Under the pieces are notes generated by a model. It saw only the letters and a list, made by a program, of their open reading frames with translations, made no database searches and was not told the DNA's origin. A program made the translations under genes and the position numbers. From Erysipelotrichaceae bacterium (GTDB lineage Bacteria > Bacillota_I > Bacilli_A > Erysipelotrichales > Erysipelotrichaceae), in contig JBJFHD010000084.1 in NCBI GenBank assembly GCA_051893335.1, forward strand, positions 16,001 through 40,000: 24,000 bases of DNA. Reading direction: 5' to 3'. How positions within the stretch are numbered: the first letter of the stretch is position 1; each line of letters opens with the position of its first letter. Shown here one piece after another: positions 6,446-14,616 of the stretch.

Positions 6446-8656
6446 ATGAGAAAATTCCTAAAATGTTTGTTGGCTGTTTTAATGATAGTATCAATTTCAC
6501 AAGTAAAAACAACCTCAGCAGAAACAACATCGCAACAAATTGTTGAAGAGGGAGGATATCTTGACAATTATAACAATGACGGTGTTTCAATTGGAAAAGT
6601 AATTGAAAAAACCGAATTGGAAAATGTCTTTGATATTACTTTGACTGTTAAAACACCAAAGAGTGCAATTGAATTATCTGATGATCCGGATGTTGCGATT
6701 GTCATTATTCTTGATATCTCAAATACAATGACTGAACCGGTCAATGATACGCAGGATAAATACGACATTTCTTTAGAAGCAATAGAAGGATTTGTTGACA
6801 ATTTTGCGCAATATAATAAGGGCTTTAGTTTGTTGGGAGCAGTAGCTTTTAATACTAACTCTTATGAAATTTGTGGGCTACAGAAAGTTGATGAAGATAC
6901 TAAGAGTTCATTCTTAAATCAATTTGAAACGAATACTAGATCAATATTGTATGCTGATGACTATGACTCATCTAATACAAGATTCACAAATATGGAAGCT
7001 GGATTGTTAAGGGCAAAACAAATGCTTGATGCGGTAGATAATGAAAACAAATACATTATCTTCATCACTGATGGTCTTCCAACTACTTACTTGCAAGATT
7101 ATGACACATTTACCGGCTATACTCCAAAGAGTTCAAGCGGTACAGTTGGTAATGATGGTGTATTCTATGATTGCATCAATAACAATTATACGGCTTATGG
7201 AACAAATTACAGTGATAAGGCAGCAATGAAAGCACAAGATGTTGCTGAACAAATCAAGGACGAAGGAATTGAAGTATTCTCAATCGGTATGGGCGTTCAG
7301 ACTTTCTCGGCTTTCCATCCGGAAGGAACAATCTATTTAGCAAGTTCAGACTTTATTATGGACCAGATTGCCAGAGGTGGAGCTAAGACAGTTGTATATC
7401 ATGATGGTTCTTCATATACTTGGAATACACATGTATCGACAATTGACAACAATATTAATTCATCTTATGAAAACTGGGATGGTGAGATTGCTATCGGAAA
7501 CGTTAAAACCAATCCTGATGCATTTGCTGATTGGTTAGAAAGCGGAATTGGTTCAGATCATTATTATTCAACTGAAACATTGAATGATTTGAACGATGCA
7601 TTTGTTGATATTTTTACAACTTTAAAGAACCAGCAGGAAGAAAGATTAAATGAATTATGGGTAACTTGTGATCCGATTCCTACTTCCAGCAATGGAGTTG
7701 ATTACGTTGAATTTGTTGGACTGTTTGATCAGAGCGGTGCATTAAGCGACTCTATTACGGGAACCTATGCTTTAAACGGTGAAAATACTGCTTCATTTGA
7801 CAGAACATCAAAAGAAATTACTTGGAAGATTCGTTGTTCAGGATATCAGGTTGTTACCGAAAACTCTCAAGACTATTACTTATTTACTTTGAAGTATCGT
7901 GTTAGACTGGATAATGAATTGATGGACTTCTCAGAAGAATATACTTATTATACTAACGGCGATGCAACTTTGCATTATAAAACTGTTGATCTCATTCAAA
8001 CAGAAAGCGGAGTAAAACAAGTTATTTCCGCTATGAAAGAATTGGATTTCCCTAAACCGGCTGTTGAAGGCTACTATGTTGATATCACTTTCTATAAGGT
8101 ATCAAGCACTGATAGTTCAGCATTAGAGGGAGCTACATTTGTGCTTTCACATGATTCTGAACATTGCGGTGCCTGCTATGGCGATTACGAAAAATCGGTT
8201 GAGATTGATGATATGGTAGCTGTATCTGATGAAACCGGTCTGGTTAAATTCGAGAATGTTGCTTCAGGTCATAAGTATACCTTAACCGAAACAATTGCAC
8301 CTGAAGGATACAAGGTAACAACGGATAGCTTCGCTGTGACTGTTGATTATGACAGTATTACTGTTGAAGTAACTCATTCAAATGGAGAAAAGGAAACATT
8401 TACCGCTGAAGAATTTGCTCAATACACAGTTGTAGATGAAAAGATTCAATCAAATGAAAATACTGATCCAACCAATCCTGGCGAAAAAGATCCGACAAAT
8501 CCTGGTGGAGATGATGGTGTTTTCGATCCAATCAATCAAGACAATGACTTGGCAGATACCGGTGATTTCGGATTAATCGGATTTGTTACAATAGTATCAG
8601 TTATCAGTTTAGTTTGGTCGTTTGTCATTTATAAAAGTAAAAGACAGATCAACTAA
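6446..8656 (+). CDS. Secreted, cell-wall-sorted surface adhesin: signal peptide, VWA domain with a metal-ion-dependent adhesion site (MIDAS), CnaB/SpaA-type Ig-like domain, LADTG sorting signal
   Basis: I prefer the ATG at 6446 (MRKFLKCLLAVLMIVSISQVKTTSA/ETTS, a typical signal peptide) over the GTG at 6371 in the track. MIDAS elements are LDISNT (D at 6713-6715), FTNMEAGL and IFITDGLPT. The CnaB-like block reads ITFYKVSS..LEGATFVL..DETGLVKFENVASGHKYTLTETIAPEGYKV. The C-terminus is LADTG, then a hydrophobic helix, then KSKRQIN. Confidence 0.9.
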   Translation: MRKFLKCLLAVLMIVSISQVKTTSAETTSQQIVEEGGYLDNYNNDGVSIGKVIEKTELENVFDITLTVKTPKSAIELSDDPDVAIVIILDISNTMTEPVNDTQDKYDISLEAIEGFVDNFAQYNKGFSLLGAVAFNTNSYEICGLQKVDEDTKSSFLNQFETNTRSILYADDYDSSNTRFTNMEAGLLRAKQMLDAVDNENKYIIFITDGLPTTYLQDYDTFTGYTPKSSSGTVGNDGVFYDCINNNYTAYGTNYSDKAAMKAQDVAEQIKDEGIEVFSIGMGVQTFSAFHPEGTIYLASSDFIMDQIARGGAKTVVYHDGSSYTWNTHVSTIDNNINSSYENWDGEIAIGNVKTNPDAFADWLESGIGSDHYYSTETLNDLNDAFVDIFTTLKNQQEERLNELWVTCDPIPTSSNGVDYVEFVGLFDQSGALSDSITGTYALNGENTASFDRTSKEITWKIRCSGYQVVTENSQDYYLFTLKYRVRLDNELMDFSEEYTYYTNGDATLHYKTVDLIQTESGVKQVISAMKELDFPKPAVEGYYVDITFYKVSSTDSSALEGATFVLSHDSEHCGACYGDYEKSVEIDDMVAVSDETGLVKFENVASGHKYTLTETIAPEGYKVTTDSFAVTVDYDSITVEVTHSNGEKETFTAEEFAQYTVVDEKIQSNENTDPTNPGEKDPTNPGGDDGVFDPINQDNDLADTGDFGLIGFVTIVSVISLVWSFVIYKSKRQIN
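8465..8506 (+). repeat. Imperfect in-frame tandem repeat encoding DPTNPG twice, in a Pro-rich stalk before the sorting signal
   Basis: GATCCAACCAATCCTGGC (8465-8482) and GATCCGACAAATCCTGGT (8489-8506) are separated by GAAAAA. The peptide is DPTNPGEKDPTNPG. Confidence 0.8.
8549..8653 (+). other. C-terminal cell-wall sorting signal with a non-canonical LADTG (LAxTG-type) motif
   Basis: TTG GCA GAT ACC GGT at 8549-8563 encodes LADTG. It is followed by DFGLIGFVTIVSVISLVWSFVIY (hydrophobic) and the positively charged tail KSKRQIN. Confidence 0.8.
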
Positions 8657-8685
8657 AATGAGCTAACCTGGTTGATAGGTGGCTG

Positions 8686-8736
8686 AAAAAAAGACAATCC
8701 TCTGTATGACTAAAATCATTCAGAGGATTTTATTTT
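8686..8736. terminator. Bidirectional rho-independent terminator between the adhesin gene (+) and the HxlR gene (-)
   Basis: Perfect 9-bp stem AATCCTCTG (8696-8704) / CAGAGGATT (8721-8729) with a 16-nt loop. It is flanked by A7 (8686-8692) upstream and TTATTTT (8730-8736) downstream. Confidence 0.75.
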
Positions 8737-8772
8737 GCTTAAAGCATAATGACATAATTAGGGAAGTTCAAT

Positions 8773-9123
8773 TTACAGGAATTTGCTGCCCCATAAAGCC
8801 ATTTCATAAAATATTCGGTACATTTCCTTCCCACTGTCGGATAAGGAATATTCAACATGAGGTGGAATTTCGTTGAATTGTTCACGGATAACAATCCCGT
8901 TTTGTTCCAGTTCTTTTAAAGTGTTTGTCAGCATAGTGTTGGTGATCCCGTCAATTTGCTTTTTCAAGTTTCCAAAGCGGATTTTATCGACTTTTGTCAG
9001 CTCAAAAATAACGCGGATGTGCCACTTGCCCGAAAAAATATTTAACAGTTTTTTCACAGGGCAATCAGAGTTAAGGTCAGTTTGGTTAACCAGTTGCTTA
9101 TATTCATCATAAGATATTTTCAT
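8773..9123 (-). CDS. HxlR-family (MarR-like winged-helix) transcriptional regulator
   Basis: 116 aa. CPVKKLLNIFSGKWHIRVIFEL....RFGNLKKQIDGITNTMLTNTLKELEQNGIVIREQFNEIPPHVEYSLSDSGKE is the HxlR/DUF24 signature. RBS GGAGG (complement of 9130-9134) lies 6 nt before the ATG. Confidence 0.9.
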   Translation of the reverse strand: MKISYDEYKQLVNQTDLNSDCPVKKLLNIFSGKWHIRVIFELTKVDKIRFGNLKKQIDGITNTMLTNTLKELEQNGIVIREQFNEIPPHVEYSLSDSGKEMYRIFYEMALWGSKFL

Positions 9124-9153
9124 TGTAATCCTCCGGTATGTTTATTCATACTT

Positions 9154-9174
9154 AGTACGATTTTTCTGCGTACT
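9154..9174. promoter_or_regulatory. Inverted repeat AGTACG-N9-CGTACT; candidate HxlR operator abutting the nitroreductase -35 element
   Basis: AGTACG (9154-9159) and CGTACT (9169-9174) are exact reverse complements. The flanks ATACTT (9147-9152) and AGTAT (9181-9185) extend the symmetry imperfectly. The right half-site ends where the TTGAAT -35 hexamer begins. Confidence 0.4.
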
Positions 9175-9201
9175 TGAATTAGTATTTGGACAAAGTATAA
9201 T
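9174..9201 (+). promoter_or_regulatory. Sigma-A-type promoter candidate for the nitroreductase gene
   Basis: TTGAAT (9174-9179), a 16-nt spacer, then TATAAT (9196-9201), about 58 nt upstream of the ATG at 9260. Confidence 0.5.
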
Positions 9202-9259
9202 AAAAATACTATTGGCAGTCAAGTGGGTCCAATGTGAATTAATGATGGAGGTTTTCAAT

Positions 9260-9823
9260 ATGATGAATGAAACATTAAAAGTTTTAGCCCAGCGTTATTC
9301 TTGTAACGCTTTTACTGATGAACCGGTTAAACCGGAGCTGATTGATGCGATTGCTGAAGCTGCTTTACATTCTCCCAGCGGAACCAATGCTCAACCTTGG
9401 CGAATTGTTGTTGTAACCGATAAACAACTTATTCAGCAGATGGAAGATGAGACAGTTACAATGATGGGGCAAACACCTGATTATTTAAGCTTTTATGAGA
9501 TGGTAAATGCAACCAAAATGAAGCTGTTTTACAATGCTGGGTGTATGATAGTATTACCTTATGACAGTAAAAACCCTTATGCCAAGTTTGACTGTGGGAT
9601 TGCTGCTCAGTCAATTGCCATAGCAGCCCAATCTTTGGCTGTTTCCAGCCATATTATTGCGATTAACCAGCTGGCTTTCACCGGGACAAAAGCAGCATAT
9701 TTTAAACAGAAACTTCAATTTCCTGACGATTACCTCTTTGGGCTTGCGGTACTGCTTGGTTATAGTGCCAAAGAAAAACAACCGCATCAAATTGATCGAA
9801 AAAAACTGATTTATGTAAAGTAA
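9260..9823 (+). CDS. Nitroreductase-family (FMN-dependent) oxidoreductase
   Basis: LAQRYSCNAFTDEPVKPELIDAIAEAALHSPSGTNAQPWRIVVV is the nitroreductase N-terminal signature. I prefer the ATG at 9260, with GGAGG at 9247-9251 and an 8-nt spacing, over the TTG at 9212 in the track. The gene is divergent from the HxlR regulator, a common pairing. Confidence 0.85.
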   Translation: MMNETLKVLAQRYSCNAFTDEPVKPELIDAIAEAALHSPSGTNAQPWRIVVVTDKQLIQQMEDETVTMMGQTPDYLSFYEMVNATKMKLFYNAGCMIVLPYDSKNPYAKFDCGIAAQSIAIAAQSLAVSSHIIAINQLAFTGTKAAYFKQKLQFPDDYLFGLAVLLGYSAKEKQPHQIDRKKLIYVK

Positions 9824-9829
9824 TCAATT

Positions 9830-9856
9830 AAAAACACTACAGTAGGTAGTGTTTTT
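9830..9856. terminator. Bidirectional terminator between the nitroreductase (+) and transketolase (-) genes
   Basis: AAAAACACTAC (9830-9840) and GTAGTGTTTTT (9846-9856) are exact reverse complements with loop AGTAG. The A/T runs form part of the arms and overlap the transketolase stop codon. Confidence 0.65.
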
Positions 9857-10793
9857 ATAATAATGATTTTGCTTTTTCCATGATGGTTTCATTATCCAAA
9901 CCGTAAATCGGAAACAGTGATTGACGATTTCCGGTTTGTCCAAAACAGTCTTTAACCGCAACATAATCATATTTAATGTTACCGACTTTGCCAAAAAGAC
10001 TGGCAGTGCAGCTTTCCGAAAAACCGCCAAATATATTGTGCTCCTCGACTGTCAGCAGGTTATTTGTTTGCTTAACATATTTTAATAATGTTTCGCCATC
10101 AAAAGGTTTAATTGTATGATAATTCAAGACAGTACATTCAATTCCCTGTTGGCTTAGCTGTTTGGCAACATCCATAACAAATGTAGTCATTATACCGGTG
10201 GAAGCGATCGTTAAATCTTTGCCTTCTCTTAAAACTTGGGCTTTGCCGATTTGAATATCATCATCAGGACTTGTAACGTTTTTCACCGGTTCTCTTGAAG
10301 TACGCATATAGCAATATCCGTTATATTCATACATTTTCTGTACCATTAGACGAGTCTGATTATAATCGCAAGGATTTAAAACGACCATATCAGGGATTAC
10401 TTTCATCCAGGCAATATCTTCAATACACATATGCGAACCGCCATCTGCTGCCGGAGTAATCCCGCAATGTGAGCCAACCAGTTTAACATTAGCATGGTTG
10501 TATCCAACCGCATTTCTGACAATTTCACAGGCTCTACCGGCGGTAAACATCGCAAAGCTGGTTACGAAAGGGACATAGCCGACGCTGGCAAGTCCTGCGG
10601 CCATTCCGACTTCGTTTTGTTCGGCAATGCCGGCTTCAATATATCTGTCAGGATAGGCGTTTCTGAAAGCACTGGTTCCGGTAGCTCCGCCTAAATCACC
10701 TTCAAGTACAATTACATCTTGGTACTTTGCACCGATATCCAATAAACCCTGGCCATAGCCGGCACGGGTTGCTAATAATTTTACTTCTTCCAT
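9855..10793 (-). CDS. Split transketolase, C-terminal subunit (pyrimidine-binding plus C-terminal domains)
   Basis: 312 aa. RYIEAGIAEQNEVGMAAGLASVGYVPFVTSFAMF is a typical transketolase Pyr-domain signature. The gene starts 2 nt after the stop of the N-terminal subunit gene. Confidence 0.93.
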   Translation of the reverse strand: MEEVKLLATRAGYGQGLLDIGAKYQDVIVLEGDLGGATGTSAFRNAYPDRYIEAGIAEQNEVGMAAGLASVGYVPFVTSFAMFTAGRACEIVRNAVGYNHANVKLVGSHCGITPAADGGSHMCIEDIAWMKVIPDMVVLNPCDYNQTRLMVQKMYEYNGYCYMRTSREPVKNVTSPDDDIQIGKAQVLREGKDLTIASTGIMTTFVMDVAKQLSQQGIECTVLNYHTIKPFDGETLLKYVKQTNNLLTVEEHNIFGGFSESCTASLFGKVGNIKYDYVAVKDCFGQTGNRQSLFPIYGLDNETIMEKAKSLL

Positions 10794-10795
10794 AC

Positions 10796-11608
10796 TTATG
10801 CCTCCTCGATTTCCTTTAATGCAATTTCCAATTGTTCTTTGTTTGGAGCTTTGCCATGGAAAGCACAGTTGCCTTCCATAAATGAAACGCCTTTGCCTTT
10901 TACGGTGTGGGCTAAGATTACATGAGGTTTATCATCCTGATGATTTTTGAAGGCATTAACCAACTCTTGAAAATTGTGACCGTCAATTTCGTCAACTACA
11001 AAACCGATGGCTTGATAACGCAACTTCAAATCCCCCAAATCCATTATTTCTTTGGTTGTGCCGTCGAGTTGAACTGCATTAACATCAACAATGTAAGTTA
11101 AATTGTCAAGTTTGTAGTGAACTGCCGCACTGGCAGCTTCCCATACAATGCCTTCATCGGATTCACCATCACCGATAATAACATAGACTTTCTGGTCGCT
11201 GTTTTTCATTTTGTAGCCAAGTGCCATACCGGTTGCGGCTGATACTCCCTGACCTAAAGAGCCGGGATTAAAGTCGGTAAAAGGAGTCTTGCCTTTGACA
11301 GGGTGACCTTGAAGCCGGCTGCCTTGTTTTCTGAATGTCGCCATTTCTTCTCTTGATAAGATACCTTTTTCAATCATATAAGCATATTGAGCCGGAACTG
11401 CGTGGCCTTTTGAGAAGACAAAACGATCTCTGTTTGGATCATCTATGCCGGATAATAATCTCATTTCGTGTTCAAATAAAACGATTAATATTTCAACGCA
11501 TGATAAAGATCCGCCCGGGTGACCTGAGTTAGCTAAATAACACATTTGCAGTATATCTTTTCGCATTTCTTTAGCAAGAGATTTCCATTGACTGAAATTG
11601 TTGTCCAT
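10796..11608 (-). CDS. Split transketolase, N-terminal thiamine-diphosphate-binding subunit
   Basis: 270 aa. SGHPGGSLSCVEIL, FSKGHA and the ThDP/metal motif GDGESDEGIVWEAASAA are present. RBS GGGGGA lies 8 nt before the ATG (complement of 11606-11608). Confidence 0.93.
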   Translation of the reverse strand: MDNNFSQWKSLAKEMRKDILQMCYLANSGHPGGSLSCVEILIVLFEHEMRLLSGIDDPNRDRFVFSKGHAVPAQYAYMIEKGILSREEMATFRKQGSRLQGHPVKGKTPFTDFNPGSLGQGVSAATGMALGYKMKNSDQKVYVIIGDGESDEGIVWEAASAAVHYKLDNLTYIVDVNAVQLDGTTKEIMDLGDLKLRYQAIGFVVDEIDGHNFQELVNAFKNHQDDKPHVILAHTVKGKGVSFMEGNCAFHGKAPNKEQLEIALKEIEEA

Positions 11609-11718
11609 AATATTTTCCCCCTAAGCTAAATAATTAATAGCTTTACCTGATTGCATTATAAACTGATATATAGCAGAATAAAAGCACAAAAGATTGCATG
11701 AACTTAGTGCTAGTGTTG

Positions 11719-11747
11719 TTGACAATTCTTTGATAAAAAAATATCAT
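11719..11747 (+). promoter_or_regulatory. Sigma-A-type promoter candidate for the yhfZ-like regulator gene
   Basis: TTGACA (11719-11724), a 17-nt spacer, then TATCAT (11742-11747), 39 nt upstream of the ATG at 11786. The spacer contains the small inverted repeat TGATA-A6-TATCA (11731-11746). Confidence 0.5.
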
Positions 11748-11785
11748 TAATATAGATAATAACCTGTAGATGAGGTGATAATGGG

Positions 11786-12706
11786 ATGATTAATGATATT
11801 CTGATGTCCAAAAACGGTTTGGCGACTAAAACGATTGCGAAAGAGTTTATCAAAATAAATTTAGGGGACAGAGTTCCCACGGTTTCGGAATTTTGTGAGT
11901 TGTTTTCTTTTCCGAGAGGAACAGTACAGAAAGCAATAAAAACATTACAGGAATGTGAGGCAATCCGACTGGAATCAAAGGGTCATCTTGGCTCATATCT
12001 AATCAGAAAAAATATGAAAATCTTGCTGGAAGTAAGTGATATCAACAATATTGTCGGCAGTATGCCTTTGCCATATTCAAAAAGATATGAAGGACTGGCG
12101 ACCGGATTAATTGTGGCTCTGGAAAATGCCTATAACATTCCGGTCAGTTTGGCATTTATGCGTGGGGCGGAAGCCAGAATAAGCATGGTAGTGTGTCAAA
12201 GGTATGATTTTGCGGTTGTTTCCGCTTTGGCTGCCGATCATTTCATTCGTAAATATGGTGAAATCGATGTTATTTTATCGCTCGGTCAAAACTCTTATGT
12301 CAGCAATCATGTAATCATGTTTCACGATAAAAATGCGACAGAAATAACGGACGGTATGAAAGTGGGCATCGACCAGCAATCGTTGGATCAGAAAACAATG
12401 ACAATGCGGATTTGCAAGGGCAAAAAAATATCCTATGTCCAATTGGAATATACTCAGATTATTACGAAAATTTTAAATGGTGAAATCGATGCGGCAGTGA
12501 TGAATGTCGATGAAGTTAAAGACAAAAATATCGATATTAACTATGTTACTTTAGATTGTTATGACAAACTTGACACTGAGGCTGTGCTGGTTGGTTTGAA
12601 AAAAAGAAAAGAATTATTTGTTCTGTTAAGAGAAATAATTGATGTAAATACAGTCAAAAATATTCAGAATTTGGTAATGGATGGCAAGATTACCCCAAGT
12701 TATTAA
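11786..12706 (+). CDS. yhfZ: YhfZ-family regulator: GntR-like winged HTH plus YhfZ C-terminal (binding-protein-like) domain
   Basis: 306 aa. The N-terminal VPTVSEFCELFSFPRGTVQKAIKTLQECEAIRLESKGHLGSYL fits a GntR-type wHTH. The MPLPYSKRYEGLATGL block and the RYDFAVVSALAA segment match my memory of E. coli YhfZ. RBS GAGGTG at 11772-11777. Confidence 0.75.
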   Translation: MINDILMSKNGLATKTIAKEFIKINLGDRVPTVSEFCELFSFPRGTVQKAIKTLQECEAIRLESKGHLGSYLIRKNMKILLEVSDINNIVGSMPLPYSKRYEGLATGLIVALENAYNIPVSLAFMRGAEARISMVVCQRYDFAVVSALAADHFIRKYGEIDVILSLGQNSYVSNHVIMFHDKNATEITDGMKVGIDQQSLDQKTMTMRICKGKKISYVQLEYTQIITKILNGEIDAAVMNVDEVKDKNIDINYVTLDCYDKLDTEAVLVGLKKRKELFVLLREIIDVNTVKNIQNLVMDGKITPSY

Positions 12707-12757
12707 AAAAACGGGAATAAATTTTAATTATTTCATGAAAATACATTATTTAGTATA

Positions 12758-12786
12758 TTGACACCCTCTATATAGTAGGGTAAACT
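12758..12786 (+). promoter_or_regulatory. Promoter candidate for the yhfU-yhfT... operon, with a palindrome filling the spacer (candidate operator)
   Basis: TTGACA (12758-12763), a 17-nt spacer, then TAAACT (12781-12786). The spacer reads CCCT-CTATATAG-TAGGG. CTATATAG (12768-12775) is a perfect palindrome, and the flanks CCCT/AGGG are complementary with one extra T. Confidence 0.5.
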
Positions 12787-12838
12787 AAAAATGCGAAATG
12801 GTTTAATATTTCTTGAAAGGGAAGGAGGATAATGCCAT

Positions 12839-13198
12839 ATGAAAATCGTGGTTGGAGGACAGATGGACAAGCAATCAATTGCTCGTATGATTGAATCAAT
12901 TGTCGGCGATAAAGCGACTGTTGAGATTAAGAGTGATATTGAAGCAACTTTAGCTGTTCAGATGGGCCAAGCTGATTATTATGTCGGGGCTTGTTCAACA
13001 GGAGCCGGAGGGGCTCTGGGAATTGCGACCGGGTTATTGGGTCCTGCTAAGTGTGTATCAATTTCTACACCTGCAAAAACAATGACTCAGGAAGAAATCA
13101 AAGAAGAAGTAGCGAAAGGAAAAGTTGCTTTCGGCTTTGTTAATTATGATGCTGAAAAGGTTGTTCCGATGTTACTTGATGCTCTACTAAACAAGTAA
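12839..13198 (+). CDS. yhfU: YhfU/DUF2620-family small soluble protein with a Cys-Gly-rich loop
   Basis: 119 aa. MKIVVGG.. leads to ADYYVGACSTGAGGALGIATG and KGKVAFGF, which matches my memory of E. coli YhfU (about 117 aa; YYIGAC.TGAG..L). RBS GGAGG at 12824-12828, 10 nt before the ATG. Confidence 0.8.
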   Translation: MKIVVGGQMDKQSIARMIESIVGDKATVEIKSDIEATLAVQMGQADYYVGACSTGAGGALGIATGLLGPAKCVSISTPAKTMTQEEIKEEVAKGKVAFGFVNYDAEKVVPMLLDALLNK

Positions 13199-13231
13199 AG
13201 AAATTAAACAATAAAAAGGAGAATAAATATT

Positions 13232-14551
13232 ATGGTTTATGAAGTTAATTTTGTGACAGTAATTGTAATGGCTCTTGTTGGTGCTGTTGCTTCATACTTG
13301 TCAAATCAAAACGTTGCTGTATTTAACGATGGTACTCGTCCAATGTATGGTCCATATATCAATGGTCAGACAGACAGAAAGACATTGTTTGCGACAAGTT
13401 TTGCTTTATCATTTGGTTTGGTTATCGGATTTGGTTTACCAACATCAATTGCCGGCGGTATTATTATTGTTCACACAATCTTACTTGCTTGTGACATTAT
13501 CGGTGTTGCTTTCAAGGATGACAAAAAAGGAATGGTTCTTGCTACTGCATGCGGCGCTTTATTTGGCGTTGTATTGATGTTCGGTATGCAGGCAATCATC
13601 AATTTATTCGCATTAATGCCGGTAGATTTCTTAGGTCACTTAGATAAAGTCGGCGGACTTGTAATTACATTATTCGTTGTATTCCCTGCTTTAGCAGTTG
13701 CTTATCAGGGCGGATTTGTTCCTGGTGCTATCGTATTAGGTTTAACAATGCTTGTTAAACAGGTAGTTTCTTTATATGGTAAATTCACAGTTAATGAAGT
13801 AACAGTTTCATTAAACTCTGATGGTATGGCATTATTGTTCGGTATTGTCGCAATGGTAGTTTATGCTGCTGTCTGGGGCAAGAAGAATACCGGAAGTGCA
13901 ACAGATGTATTCAAGGTATTTGAAAAGAACATTGACAGAATCAAGAAGAATGTTGTTATGTTAGCAATCTCTGGTGGTTTAGTAGCTGCTGCAACAGCAT
14001 TATGCTTAATTGCTGAAGGTCCTGCTTCATTAACATTAACAGCACAGGGTAACTATACTGAAGCTGCTATCGTTGCTTTAGGCAGATGTTTAGGCTTTAT
14101 CCCATTAGTAATGACTACCGCAATTATTTCCGGAGTATATTCACCTTGCGGAACAAAAGCTGTGCATATTCCTGCTATCTTATTGATTAACATGGGATTA
14201 ATGGGAGCCGTTGGAAGCTTCTTCATCGGTGCCTTAATCATGGTTGTTGAAGTATTGTTACTGGGCTTCATTGCTAAAGGAATGGATAAATTCCCTGGAA
14301 TGAAGGATTTGGGTGATAACACTCGTACTGCTATGAGCAAGATTTTGGATATTGCCTTATTAGTCGGCGGTATGATGGCTGCTAATGCTATCGCTCCAAC
14401 TTTAGGTTATGTTTGGGTTATCGGCTTACACTTCCTTAACCAGACAGCTAAAAAACCTATTCCGGCAATGGCTATCGGTCCGGTAGGTGCTATTTCATTA
14501 GGTATTTTAGTTAACTTATTACATTTAATTGGATTATTCCCAATTTCATAG
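13232..14551 (+). CDS. yhfT: YhfT-family polytopic inner-membrane permease
   Basis: 439 aa, almost entirely hydrophobic, with roughly 10-12 predicted helices. The size (E. coli YhfT is about 434 aa as I recall) and the position next to the yhfU homologue support the call. RBS AAGGAG at 13216-13221. Confidence 0.75.
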   Translation: MVYEVNFVTVIVMALVGAVASYLSNQNVAVFNDGTRPMYGPYINGQTDRKTLFATSFALSFGLVIGFGLPTSIAGGIIIVHTILLACDIIGVAFKDDKKGMVLATACGALFGVVLMFGMQAIINLFALMPVDFLGHLDKVGGLVITLFVVFPALAVAYQGGFVPGAIVLGLTMLVKQVVSLYGKFTVNEVTVSLNSDGMALLFGIVAMVVYAAVWGKKNTGSATDVFKVFEKNIDRIKKNVVMLAISGGLVAAATALCLIAEGPASLTLTAQGNYTEAAIVALGRCLGFIPLVMTTAIISGVYSPCGTKAVHIPAILLINMGLMGAVGSFFIGALIMVVEVLLLGFIAKGMDKFPGMKDLGDNTRTAMSKILDIALLVGGMMAANAIAPTLGYVWVIGLHFLNQTAKKPIPAMAIGPVGAISLGILVNLLHLIGLFPIS

Positions 14552-14563
14552 TAAAAAATAATA

Positions 14564-14596
14564 ATGGGACAATTAAGATGTTGTCCCATTTTTTTA
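14564..14596 (+). terminator. Intrinsic terminator/attenuator hairpin inside the operon, between yhfT and the PRD protein gene
   Basis: Perfect 9-bp stem ATGGGACAA (14564-14572) / TTGTCCCAT (14581-14589) with an 8-nt loop, followed by T7 (14590-14596). It lies 13 nt after the yhfT stop and 7 nt before the next gene's RBS. Confidence 0.7.
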
Positions 14597-14616
14597 AATA
14601 GTTGAGGGAGAAAAAG

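Noticed and set aside
8679-8876. 65-aa ORF on the plus strand covering the adhesin/HxlR terminator and the 3' end of the HxlR gene.
   Set aside because: It reads straight through a strong terminator hairpin and is antisense to the HxlR coding sequence. It has no RBS.
9212-9259. TTG-initiated extension of the nitroreductase ORF, and similarly the TTG at 14602 for the PRD protein.
   Set aside because: In both cases an in-frame ATG (9260; 14617) sits at proper spacing from a strong Shine-Dalgarno sequence (GGAGG at 9247-9251; GAGGGAG at 14604-14610). The upstream TTG codons have none.
11731-11755. TGATA-A6-TATCA inverted repeat and a third ATATAG copy (11750-11755) as additional YhfZ operators.
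   Set aside because: These are 5-6 nt AT-rich matches expected by chance in AT-rich intergenic DNA. They overlap the predicted -10 region and cannot be told apart from promoter sequence.
14552-14616. A classical RAT/antiterminator element for a BglG/LicT-type mechanism at the intra-operon terminator.
   Set aside because: No sequence resembling the ~29-nt RAT consensus overlaps the left arm of the hairpin. The adjacent PRD protein also has no CAT RNA-binding domain.
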